Below, one piece after another: positions 26,272 to 38,400 of a stretch of 64,000 nt of DNA. The DNA is from Marsupella aquatica (Eukaryota > Plantae > Marchantiophyta). The stretch covers positions 24,674,709 to 24,738,708 of the forward strand of contig OZ316894.1 of NCBI GenBank assembly GCA_973895155.1. Reading direction: 5' to 3'. Within the stretch, counting starts at the first letter, position 1. Every line of letters begins with the position of its first letter. The notes under the pieces are model-generated. The model saw nothing but the letters and a program-made list of their open reading frames with translations, was not told where the DNA came from and searched no databases. The translations under genes were made by a program, and so were the position numbers.

Positions 26272-26655
26272 ATGAATCCTAAATCTCTCCTCGCCCCTCT
26301 CTCGGTCCTCACCGCGATGCTCATGCTCGCATCCACAGCACACGGCTGTGTCAATTTCGAAGCATGCTTCTATCCCCCTGGTCCGACTCCCACCCGCGCC
26401 ACCATTTCTCTATATGACAACGATAGCAACAACCCAGTGTGCTCCTTGGACGACTTTCCCAGCCTCGATAACCTCTACCACCTCAATTGCCCGACGGGCG
26501 GTGCAGCCACCTGGGACCCCGTCACGTTCGTCACCGTATACACAACCGTGGCCGGCGCCACCTTCTCGTTTCAGAACTCGACGCCCGACGAGGCGAACGG
26601 CATTTGCTCCGTTTCATGTCAATTTGGGTGTTCGCCCGCGGATTGCTTCGTCTGA
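26272..26655 (+). CDS. Small secreted cysteine-rich protein (127 aa, 8 Cys), intronless, function unknown
   Basis: ATG-initiated ORF with hydrophobic signal peptide MNPKSLLAPLSVLTAMLMLASTAHG|C, eight Cys in the mature part, C-rich third codon positions and ~58-60% GC in lines counted by eye versus more AT-rich flanks. Confidence 0.8.
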   Translation: MNPKSLLAPLSVLTAMLMLASTAHGCVNFEACFYPPGPTPTRATISLYDNDSNNPVCSLDDFPSLDNLYHLNCPTGGAATWDPVTFVTVYTTVAGATFSFQNSTPDEANGICSVSCQFGCSPADCFV

Positions 26656-29041
26656 TCGATCGATCAACTTCGTAGAGGGATCGACATTACTTATAATGTT
26701 TCGCCCTGCAGGCCAAGCCCAGGCGGGAGCACAGGACCAAACAAAATGTGCAACGTGAACGGGTATCTCTCAGGAATCGACGATTGTCTGTAGCTGCCAT
26801 GGATTTCGTCGCGGACGACGACACTACTTATTCTATGGTATGAGTTGAGAACTCAACGAGGCTGATCTAGCTGGGCGCGAGCACGAGTTGATAGCTGAAA
26901 ATGAGGCTGATCTGGGCACGGGCTCGGGCTGGAAGTCAGGCTTGGATGCAGTTTAGCGTTTTGAACTGGGCTTGCTTCGTTGGAAACTGGTCACATTAGC
27001 TGAAAGTTTCAGGCACATGTGAAGCTTCAATTCCAACCGTAGTACTTGAATTAGTGTGTGTTGCAGCATGCACCGATACAGTAGCTAGTGGATCTGGGTT
27101 TCTGTGAAGGGTAGCATACATAGGATTTCCCTTCACGTTCTTTTGTTATAGTTGATGCAATAATACAGAACTTCTGGGTAGGGCCGATTGTTGCATGTGC
27201 CCAAATTAAGGAACTAAGAAATAAAGTCCGTTTAGAACTTGTTACAAATTTGGCACTTTTGAAAACGTACCAGTTAGACCGTCTTGTTTTCATTTGCTAC
27301 TACTGTATTTTGTTTGGTTCGAGCATTTGGTGAGAGCTCAGAACGGAAATCTGCAGCCTTCTATATGGTCACTGAATATATGGGTGTGCACTGGCGCGCT
27401 TGGAGCAATCTTTGATCTGGGCTGTTGCTCGATGCTATATAGTGGTTTTGTCTTCTGCTGGACGCTGTTGGGACCCTCTATGCTGTTTACTTGTGCTGCT
27501 TCTCGCTGCTGCCGGATGCTGCTCGCTGTTGGTGCTCACTGCTCACTGTCTGGGTGCTCGTTTGCTCGCTGTTTGTCATAAATCTTAATTTACTCCCTGC
27601 CTGTGCTCTCTCTTGACCTCAAGCTGGGAGTCTCAGATTCGACTTTTCTTTAATGGCTCAGTCTGTGTTTTTAATTGATTGGTGTTGGGGACAGGAAATT
27701 AAGGTTAAACGAGAGTTCTGACAGTGCTTTTGACTCGATCCCGGGCTTGGAGCTAGATCTAAGCAAGAAGATGGTTGCTTGATTAAGGACACTAATTGAC
27801 TTGGCCAGCTCGAACGTGGCTTGGGGTTTTACTCTACTACTGGTCCATGACTGTGATTCGGTGTGCTATGTCTGGTTCCCGGAGTCATTGAGATTTCTAT
27901 CACATTGAAGGCCATGGACGCACTAGGAGTCGCTAGCTATCCCCTACTCGTGAGTTCATATCATGTTGGACGAATGAGTGAATGAGGTCTGTTCTGTGCT
28001 TTAATGGGCTGGATTGAGCTATATATTGAGCAATATATTGCAGGTTGAAGCTCTGAATCTATTGGATTGGAACCTGGTCGTGTTGGTGACAATTGTTGTG
28101 CTCTCACCTTCAGTGTATTGATTATGCTCGTTTTTAACTCTTGGCTATTGTCCTTGTCTTAGAGAGGGTGTGCAGAGCTCGCATTGCATCCTCGATTGCA
28201 TCTTTCTTTCTCTTGTACATTTGTAGAGAGAGCAGCGAGGCGTTGCATCTTTCGTTTAGTGTGCATTTGTAAAGAGAGTGGTGGTAGACGAGGTTACTTT
28301 GCTTGGACGGCTGGACAGTGCAAGGTACAATTCCCTGACAGAGTTTTAAGTACTTGGGTGTCAAGTGCCAAGTCCAGCCCAAAAAGCAATTGCAATACGA
28401 ATGTCCGAAAAAAATTCTGTAATTTGCGCGAATCTGGTTTGTGTGAATTTGGTTTCTTTCGAGGCAAAAAAAAAAGTCTTGTTGCTGCATTGACTCCCTT
28501 GTGGCCTAAGTCCATTGCATGTTGCAGCAACATCTCATTGCTGCATATATTCATGCTGCATTAGGTTGTGCCTTGCCTTTTCTTGACGTCTGTTGCGTGT
28601 GTACCAACATCTCGTTGCACCTTCCGTACCATCGCAATGACGGAGGCAAAATTAAGTACAACTTGTATTGGCAGCAGGACATCATGTGCGAATTGATCGA
28701 AAGCTCCATTATTTTGACAGGAGCCTCGTCCAGTTCTAGCTAAGAGCATTGACTACTGTACTTCGGTGGATAAGAAACTATAGTAATCATTCCTGAATTT
28801 CTTTGAAGTTCAATTTCATACTCAATCCTTCTCGAGTCACACGCCTGCCCAAGCGACTGGCCACAATAATTAACAAATAATTCAGGACCCACCTCAACGA
28901 CACTGTGGGATCATGGTCTTCTGGGGAAGGTACTAGTCCTGTGAACAGATCCTGCACACGCCTGAACTCCTCGACGAAGAGTTCCAACACAATTTCTCTG
29001 AAGTGCAAGAGAGGAGGCACCGTTTCGAAGCAGCTTGCGAA

Positions 29042-29129
29042 AGACGATGGTCCCTCCGTCTCACGCAGTTGATGAACGGTGTATAGACGATGGTCCCTCC
29101 GTCTCACGCAGTTGATGAACGGTGTATAG
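29042..29129. repeat. ~44-bp tandem duplication downstream of the tRNA
   Basis: agacgatggtccctccgtctcacgcagttgatgaacggtgtat x2. Confidence 0.9.
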
Positions 29130-29214
29130 ATGACCAAAAGTGATGTCAATTCTGCACGTAAGATTCTGAAAGCAATATAGATATATGGGCAAATAAGTTC
29201 CGTCAGAGAGACAC

Positions 29215-29296
29215 CGTCAGCTGCAGGGTTCGAACCTGCGCGGGCAGCGCCCAATAGATTTCAAGTCTATCGCCTTAACCACTCGGCCAAACTGAC
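29215..29296 (-). tRNA. tRNA-Ser (anticodon UGA), 82 nt
   Basis: Minus strand GTCAGTTTGGCCGAGTGGTTAAGGCGATAGACTTGAAATCTATTGGGCGCTGCCCGCGCAGGTTCGAACCCTGCAGCTGACG: acceptor stem GTCAGTT/AGCTGAC, A box, anticodon arm ATAGA-CTTGAAA-TCTAT, long variable arm GGGC/GCCC, B box GGTTCGAACCC, discriminator G. Confidence 0.97.
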
Positions 29297-31541
29297 TCAT
29301 GTCCGAAAGCTCAGCTATTATTAGTATAAATCTTTTATGCTAAGCTCAGGAATCACCACACAGCCCTGATCAGCCCTTAAGAGTCCGGTTGATGAGAGAA
29401 AATATATGGAAACCAGGCGATGATTCTATGTTTAGGCACTATAAAAATAGATCTAATTTATATAAAACAAAACTCTCTAAAAATGGGAGAAGGATGAGCT
29501 TTGTAGAGAAACAGAAGTAATATTTCTGGGACCCATATCAAGCAACAAGGACAAGAAAATATTACAGGGATGAGCCTCTCCTGCTTACCCTGGTTGCCAT
29601 CTTTCTTGGATCTATTAAAATTGTCCCCTTACTGGCTCAGCTCAGGATTCCTCTGGTGCCACACTTTCCCCTATCTGGCCATTCTACTTGCAGGTTTTAT
29701 TTGGCCTACTTGTCGCTGCTCTGGTCACAACCGACCGAGCAGCTTCATATTTGACGGACGTTGAAAGATGAATGCCCGAAAAGGACCGCTGTCATGTCTC
29801 CATTAGGTGTTTTGCTAGTAACAAGCATAATTGACTGACAAAGTTGACTGCTTGATACTCCTGCAGATGCTAAAGTCAAGCTTAGCATCAATATTCATAT
29901 GTATAAGTGGTATCTGATGACTAGTTCTACGGGATGGAAGATCTATGATGGATTCTAGTGGTGCAGGGATTCAGTAGTTAGATCTAGAGCAGTAATATGA
30001 AATCCAGAGAGAATTCAGAGATGATATTATTACCTCCAGTCATGCACGTGATGCGTGCAGCTGAGACAGAGAGTTGCACCTGGGATTACATTACCTGTAG
30101 GGTACGGCTCTTGGATTGACAGTCTCAAACTATGGTGTCTGATGGCGTCACACCTCGTACTTTCCAACCAGCCTTACAAGATTCATTTGCATCATAGTGC
30201 TACCTCTACTCTAGAGATGGTCATTATGACCAGAGCTGTTACACGTAGAAATTGTAAGTCTTGTTTTTATAACATAGTTAAGGTGCGTCAGCGGATATTG
30301 TCACAGCTGAGCACCTTGAGGATCTGGAAAACACACATGAATCCGTTCATTGAGATAATATATTTATGTACAAAACAGACAACAGCACTTGACAAAACCC
30401 TTTAGAGAAGTTGGAGCTCAAGGTCCTTTCCTGTTCATTTCTGGTTGCAATTAGTCCGTAGATCATCATGAGTAACACTCGAAACGATTGATCATATCCA
30501 ATTCCACGAGTATTTAGGAACCTATACTAAGTGCCAATGGCGAACCGTAAACAACAGTCACATCGGACACTATAACAGTTCCACTAAAAGCCATCTGAAG
30601 TAGCCATCAAGGGTGAGGAGAAAAGACTCTGACAAGTAAAATGATTGCCCACTGAGCAACTCTACAATCTCTCCAGGAGAAACCCTCGTTGAGCAAAGAG
30701 GCAGGTATCTTCTCATATCCTCAAGCCAGTACTTCTGTAAAAAGGCATGAATCCTGATCATCTGAGCCTCGGCCACTCTTCAAATGGATTCGTACAAACT
30801 GTCATGCAGTAACACACAACATAGTTCGCCCTCAAGTGTTGGCGTCTTTAATCGCTCAAGAAACCATGTCCTCTACTGTTTGCTCTTAGGCCTATGCTAT
30901 TTCTTTACTCAAATCTTCTAATCATAAAACAAACAAAAAATGAAATCATCGAGGGTAACTTGTTCAAACCCTTTGATTCCATGATTCCGAAACCCCAAGA
31001 TATCTGCTCATTACCTTGGCATAATCAATCACGGAAGACGCTCTCCCAAAGCCGTTCGATAAGAACCAAAATTTCTCACACACAATGCACTGTGCATTGC
31101 CTCTCTGCACAACTGGGCGCATCACCGTGTCTCAGTACTCCGGAGGCTGAGCAGTTTAACACCTTCCGAAATGACCTCACTTCCCGACCAAATCGTCGGA
31201 TCCTGTCCTTAATTATACATTTCTCATCACAAAACTGGTGCACTATTGCACATTTCCTAGAAAATTTGTCCACCTACTTGCAGAAGAAAACCTTCTTCTG
31301 GCAGAGAAAGCAACATTCTTCAAGCACAAGTGATGAGAATTTTGTGCAACTCCAACGTAGTGCTTCATCATCTCGGATGTCCACTCTTAGTTGGCTTGAA
31401 GTTTCAGGTCGGAAGATACTTAAACTCTAGATATTCTCCAGACTGTAAATCTGTCCTAAGACACCACAAGGGACATTTGTCCCGGATATAAGATTAGGTA
31501 GGCTGCTTCTTCACTCGCAAGCCTTCGGAGCCTTTGAACTG

Positions 31542-32948
31542 TTACGCAGTATCCTTCACCTCCTGCACCACATTTGCTGTCATCTGTACCGTCTGGCTTT
31601 CGGCTGGGTTCTCATAATGAACAAGGGTGTTGTAATGCAACACACTTCTCAGGAGCTCTACGTCAACGTTGAATTTCGTTGCAAGACTTTCCACATCCAT
31701 GGGCACCTGGTGGCCATTAGCTTTCCCTTGATAGAGGAGGAAAAGTTCTCTGATGTGGGCATGATTCAGTGTACCAGGAGACTGGATTCTGTCCTCATCC
31801 GGCCCCGTTAGCAAAGTTGTGTGCCGATCTGTAGGCATCGGCCTAGTATATTCTTCCTTTACGGTTGCCTGCGTACAAAAGTCCAGTGGGTTTAGAATTT
31901 ATTTCAAGTTGCAATCAGATATCATCAAAGTGACCTCAAACTTTGGTGAAAACCAAATTAGTTCCGGAAGAAAAAAATCTCGAAAGTAAGCTGGTTAGAC
32001 ACTACAACAAAACAAATATTCTTTCTTGAAAAGCTTTGCCGCAAAAAGACTAGCTAGCACACTGTAAAGCTCATCCTAGTCTTCCAATCACAGAGATTAT
32101 GTCAATGGGATGTGCGATGGTTCATTATCGGAAGATCACATTGAAATCAACTGATTATTTACTGCCGAGCGACGACAACTCAAATCGGCTCGCTGTGGCG
32201 ACCACCAGGGGTGCAAGCGGAGCAGTTAAGTTCAAATGTGTGACTGAGGTCACACACGCCTTGATAATAATCACGGTATACATGCAACCAAAAAAGTCGA
32301 GATTCCCTTACTGTTGGGTGCTCCTTCTCGCCAGCAGGCCGGGTGATAATAGTACCGACTATTTGCTGTGACATAGACAGGAACTTCGAATCAGGGCGGT
32401 TCGCCTCTCCCGTCATGTCTGGTTCAATGATCATCCCTGCAGCATACAGTTTCAAACAGGCATCGTGCGTTAACGTCATAAGTTTGGGTCGACGTATTTT
32501 GTCCTCGATGATAATAATCATGTCAATTAGCTTCCGATTTCCTACTTGCGTGACCTACAATTGCAGGTATAGTTAAGACTAGAATTTTTTTTGTCATCTG
32601 GTGCTCTTCATTACCAATATGGCGAATAACATGTAAAAGGGAAGAACTGCCTCGGAAACTTTTTTTGTAGTGAATCCATCTATAGGTCTTAGGTATTGGA
32701 CTTCCCCTCCCAGTGCTCCAATTTAAGTGATTGAAACTAGTGAAAATTAGATGATTTAAAATCCTGGAAGGCGTAAGGAAACAAAATATCTCGGTTCAAG
32801 ACCCACTCAGGAAACTATATCAAAACTCACGTGGCTCAGGAGGTGCTGGTTTTATATCCACTGATTGCCGCTTGATTTTCGGAATCGCAGATTCTGAAGG
32901 TGTTACTGGACGTGCTGGTGGTTTCAATTTGCCCACGGCCTGCCCCAT
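31542..32948 (-). CDS. NDUFAF4 (UPF0240)/At3g21400-like protein, putative complex I assembly factor (3 coding exons)
   Basis: Exons 32948-32831, 32436-32312, 31868-31542 with matching phases. MGQAVG N-terminus (possible myristoylation); ...FLSMSQQIVGTI..., EYTRPMP, PGTLNHAHIRELFLLYQGKA..H..PMDV..LA.KF..D. These resemble the plant family motif RPMP...PGTLN..QL..I.LL.QGK...H..PM, recalled from memory. A probable 5'UTR donor lies near 33777. Confidence 0.8.
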
Positions 32949-35044
32949 CTCGCAACTTTCGTCCTTGTTCCCCTTCCTCAAAACGCAGTCAAGTTCACAG
33001 CCTCATCCAGCCATCATTAATGAAGGTATTCTTCGTTGTTCTAACAATCTTGCGCACTTTCCACTTTTCCTTCAACCAGCAGCTCCTCAAACGTGTCCTC
33101 TGTTACTCCACATACCCTCGAAATTGCTTCCTGATCCGTCGATCTCTTTCACACCTCCCATTGAGAAATCCAATCCTAACTCTTTCAAGCATCTGTGCCT
33201 TATTTCCAAGAGTGCATGCAGGAGAAAACGCAAACGAAACCCTGTACAACAACAAGAACGAGCTCTCAGAAAACCCTAAAAGTTGACTCCCTTCAACCCA
33301 CACATTCAAGTTCCGGGATGACATCTCCATCTCCTTAATGTCTCTCACTTGAGAATTACCGCGCGGGATCTGTTGAGAAGCTTGAGATCTTAAAGAGTCC
33401 AAGCAAATTGATGTATGTGGGAATGACCTAGACCTCATTCCTATCGACCTAAACCCGAAAAGCTCTTTAAAATGCTGGTACCCGTGGTTTCAGATGATTT
33501 ACTTAAACCCACTAAACTACGGTACAAAATCCGTAACACAGAAAAAATTCTTAGCACTAAAGAACTCATCCACTACAACCCAGACATAAAATTATCTGCT
33601 TCATCGCCAAACCCAAACCCTCAAACCCTACCCATCAGAGTCTCGCAATCGAGTCAAAAATATGCTCCAATCCAGAGGAGAATCTCAAAACCTCCGGAAC
33701 ACTTGAGAACTCAATTAAATTTGTACACATAGCTGCAATCCAAGCAGCAGAGATGAATAACTAGAAATTAAGCATACCACTGGCCCTAATCACAATCTGC
33801 GAAAAGGCTCGCAGCCCTTTCTTTCTACATCTTCTGCTGCCCGTGAAGTGAAATGTGGAGTGGCAACTTACAATGGATCAAGCTCCTAGACGCTGGTTCA
33901 TCTGAGGACCACCATCTTTCTCTTCGAACCCTTCAAGCTGGAATCCACACAACCCACAAGATGTTCGATTCACCATTTCTTGACTGCTCTGTCACAGTAC
34001 AGTACAGTTCATGAGCATGGTGGGGATTGGGTGTTTCTTTCATGAGGACTGAGACCATTTTGCTCAAGATTTTGTGTAGTATACTGCGTGGGCATTGATG
34101 GGCAGACATCTGGCGAATGGCGTGTGCCAAACACAGTCACAGGTTGAATTTGCCTCATTAAAGTTCCAACTTCAGAGACTCAGAGTTGCATGAAACGTTC
34201 TCACATTATTTAGGGGCACTAGAGTTTGTTTCCCTCATTATTGCGTCGTGCTAATTGCACGTCACAATGTTACAATTTACTATGAATGATGAATATTGGT
34301 GAATCAATAGATTCATCATGGTATGGGAATGATACAGTAACATTAGGTGATTTAAACAATAATTTGATTTATCATGGTATGAAGAGATATAATATTCCCT
34401 GTAACTAGAATAATTGGGTATATCATGGTATAGAGTGACTTAGTAGATCTGTCACATCTTGATATGCAATTACCAGGATACCTATCTCAAGTGATTTAAA
34501 GAATAATTGGGTTAGTGACATAATACTCCTTTTAAACAGAATGATTGAGTATTTCATGATATAGAGTGACTTGGTACATCTTGTGTTGTCACATCTTGAT
34601 GTGAAATTTCCAGTATGCCTAGTTATTGTATCTCAGCCTTGTGTTGGCAAAAGAACATAGAAAGTTGTACTATATGCCCCTAATCCATGCACCACCAGTG
34701 ATATCAAGAATATTCAAATTAAGCTGAGTTGAAGTACACAAAATTCAAGCATACGGATTAAAGTATATAGCAAAGTCCTTACAGGGCATTGTGGAATATC
34801 ATAACCTCCTATTTATAGGCGCATTGTGTGATATAATGCCCCAAAAAACACAAGAGCTTCAGCTTGAGTTTTGAGTGGCTATTATTGCCCGTGTTGCTTT
34901 GGCAAGGGGACCATATTGCACTTGAAGCCTAAGAGATTCTTATTTTTACTAATTTTAGTAAGTGTCAAGGAGAATCTTCTTAATGCATTTATCCAAATTT
35001 TGATAGGGCATTCTTCTCCAATAATGCCCCCAAAATCATGAAGG

Positions 35045-35154
35045 TGTCAAGGTATGAATGAGAATGAGTACGTGTATAGTCAGGAATGTGAGTACATATA
35101 GGGTGGTCGGATGACCAGCTGGTCCGGTCGTCCGGTCAGAGGTAGAGTCTAACA
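35045..35154 (-). repeat. 3' LTR
   Basis: 110 bp, tgtcaagg...gtctaaca on the plus strand. Confidence 0.95.
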
Positions 35155-35466
35155 CTCCCCTTTGGATATATAGTGACAACTATATAGACAACATAGACTA
35201 TACTAATTATATCATGTTCATAAGAAATACATGATATAAGTACAAGCGAGGTAGACTGCCTCGTTAAAAAACTTTTATCAACTCTAGCTTAGTAAAAACT
35301 CTACCAGTGTAGCAGAGAAAAAATATGAGTGCTAAAGGAAAAAGAGTGCAGCCTAACAGTCCTCGTCGTAATAAATATCAATATTAACTAAAGTCAGATG
35401 CTATAGTAAATCTAGCTTTAATATTTGTCTCAACAGTAGGTCGTCAGCATCATGTCATCAGCAGCA

Positions 35467-38400
35467 TCAATCGTCATGTGGAGTAGCAGCTTCCACGGTC
35501 ATCATGCGTCGCACGCTCCGCAGTCCAATCGCCTGGCAGTGTCGGTGGTGAACTGATGGCGATAGTGATTTGGTGAAGAGATCCGCACAGTTGTCTGCAT
35601 TTGAAATCTGCAAAATGTTGATCTCTTTTCCGTGTAACTCGTGGGTGTAGAAAAACTTTGGAGCTATATGCTTCACGCGATCGCCTTTGATGAATCCTTT
35701 TGTGATCTGCTGTATACATGCTGCGTTATCCTCAAAGATGTTAGTAGGCTTTGTTAGTGGTGGTAGGCCGCATTTGGTGTTGATGTGGTTTATAAAGGAT
35801 CGTAACCAAACGGCTTCACGACTAGCTTCATGTAGAGCTAAGATTTCTGAGTGATTTGATGAGGTTGCTGTTAGGGTCTGTTTCACGCTTTTCCAAGAAA
35901 AAGCGGTACCCCCTATGGTAAAAACATATCCAGTTTGGGATTTTGCGGTATCAGTGTCAGAGAGGTATCCGACATCCGCATATCCTATGAGCTCGTGGTT
36001 TGCATCGAATGGGTAAAATAACCCGATATCGGTGGTTCCACGTAGATATCTAAATACGTGCTTAACTCCATTCCAGTGTCTGGCTGTGGGAGTTGCACTA
36101 TGTCTAGCTAGTAAGTTAACTGCAAATGCAATGTCTGGTCGTGTCTGATTTGCTAAATACATTAATGTTCCTATCGCAGAAAGATACGCAGTTTCTGGTC
36201 CTAATATTGGTTCATGTTCTTCGCGCTTGCGAAAAACATCAGTATTGTTTTCTAATGAACGTACCACCATTGGTGACGTCAATGGGTGTGCTAGGTTCAT
36301 ATTGAACTGTTTTAGGATCTTTTCGGTTTGTGTGGTTTGGTGGAGCATCATGCCAGTAGGTAAGATCTCCAGTTGTAATCCTAAGCAAAAGTTTGTATGT
36401 CCAAGGTCTTTCATCTCAAATGTTGATTTAAGACAAGTAATAGTATCTTCGGTAATTTGGGGTGTCCCAAATATGTTTAAGTTGTCAACATATATATAAA
36501 CGATGACATATTCGTCATCCACATGTTTAATAAATAAACATGGGATAATGGCATCATGGGAAAAACCCATGGCAATCATTTCATCAGTAAATCTTTGATA
36601 CCATACTCTGCCACTTTGTTTCAGGCCATATAATGCCTTCAACATGCGGATAGCTAGTCCACGGCGAGTATTCTGTACGGTTGACACAACGGTGTCGTTA
36701 TTATGAGTTACATGTGTAGATGACACATGAGGTGTAACTTGAGATAATTGTTTTATAACTTATGTAAATATGGGATATGCGATTTAGCGCCTTGAGCTAA
36801 AGCTCGGCGACGTTGCTCCAACTCGGGAGGTGATCGCATGTATAGACAAGTGTCTAGAGTTCCATATAGATATGTGGTCGCAACATCCAGTTGTCGCATT
36901 TGTAGTTTGTGAAAAATGGCAAATTCGATAAGGTATCGGAATGTTGTGCTATCCATAACTGGTGAGTAAGTTTCATCGTAATGAATTCCTGGTTGTTGAG
37001 TAAATCCTTTCCCTACCAGACGTGCTTTGTAGCGTACAACTTGGCCTTTATCATTTCTTTTGTGGACGAATGTCCACTTGTAGCCAATGAGGTGTACGTC
37101 TTGCGGTGTTGGTTCAATTGGACCAAAAGTGTGTCTGCTTAGTAGGGAATCTAATTCTCCGTTTATAGCTTTTTGCCATTCAGGCCAATCTGGTCTGTTT
37201 TGGCATTCTAAGATAGATATTGGTTCGGGTGTTTCGTCTGTGATATGTGTTGCCACCATTAATGCAAAAGCATCATCTATTGAAGTAGTATTTCTATCCC
37301 ACATCGTACCGGTGTGTGCGTAGTGGATAGAAATCTCTTCATGAGTTGTGGATTCGGTATGATCGACATCAGGTGAAGGTGATATAGATGAACCATGCCT
37401 TCTTGGTTGTTTATCTTTTGATCCCAAAGGTCTACCTCGTTTGGCACGAGGCTGGGATGTACTTGCTGGCTCACTTGATAATTCAATGAGAGTGGATGCT
37501 CTCGCAGCTGGAATATGTGAGCGGGTAACTTGTGATGTATCGATGAAACCGTCGGGAAGTTCTTCCACAATTTTGTGGAGTTGTAAAACTCGTTGAACTT
37601 CTTTCTCCCCTTGATTGGTTCGAAGGTCTTGCCAAAATGGCGAATGTCTTTCCCACTCCAAAGGTGGTTGTGGGTGTGCAGGGGTTATTAATGATGGATA
37701 AACGTGTTCATCAAAATGGCAATCTAGGAATCTAGATTTAAAGACGTAGCCAGTTGTAGGCTCCATATATCGGATTATGGACGGAGAGTCGAATCCGATG
37801 TATATCCCCAACTGTCGTTGGGGTCCCATCTTGGTTCGTTTGGGTAGAGTAATGGGGACCATTACTTGATATCCAAATGAACGAAGATGTGATAGGTCTG
37901 GTTTGATACCATTAGCAATTTGGTATGGGCTATAGGTATTAAAAGCCGATGGGCGGTATTGAATTAATGCATTAGCCTGTAATATGGCATGTCCCCATGC
38001 TGAGACGGGGAGTTTTGACTGCATTAGTAATGGGCGTGCATTAACTGAAGGCGTTTAATGACCGCTTCAGCTAATCCATTCTGAAAATGCACGTGAGGTA
38101 CAAGATATTGTACGTCGATGCCAAGTGATGTGCAAAAGTCGTCAAATGTTTTGGATGTGAATTCCCCTGCATTGTCCACCCTTAGTGCCTTAATGGGGTG
38201 ATCTGGGAATTGTGCCTTCACGCGCAGGATTTGCGCCAAGATGCGAGGCATCACCATGTTTCTCGTTGAAAGCAGGGTCACATTTGACCATTTAATGGAT
38301 GTGTCGATTAATACCATAAAGTAGCGGAAAGGTCCGCTTGGAGGGTTAATTGGCCCGCAAACATCTGCATGGATGATTTCCAAGAATTGGGGTATTTTAG

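Noticed and set aside
27290-28750. Possible spliced plus-strand gene
   Set aside because: Scattered splice-like sites, but I could not build a consistent coding model.
29136-29214. Dicistronic tRNA-snoRNA
   Set aside because: No C box (RTGATGA) with a terminal D box, and no H/ACA layout, in the trailer.
28787-29254. 155-aa ORF overlapping the tRNA
   Set aside because: It has a non-ATG start inside the tRNA, runs through a tandem duplication and shows no recognisable motif.
34243-34255. gcgtcgtgctaat match to tRNA-Ile
   Set aside because: Only 13 nt, with no cloverleaf or A/B boxes; likely chance.
36676-36760. RT insertion as a spliceosomal intron
   Set aside because: The GT donors I checked are phase 2 while the CGTACAG acceptor needs phase 0, so splicing would not restore the frame.
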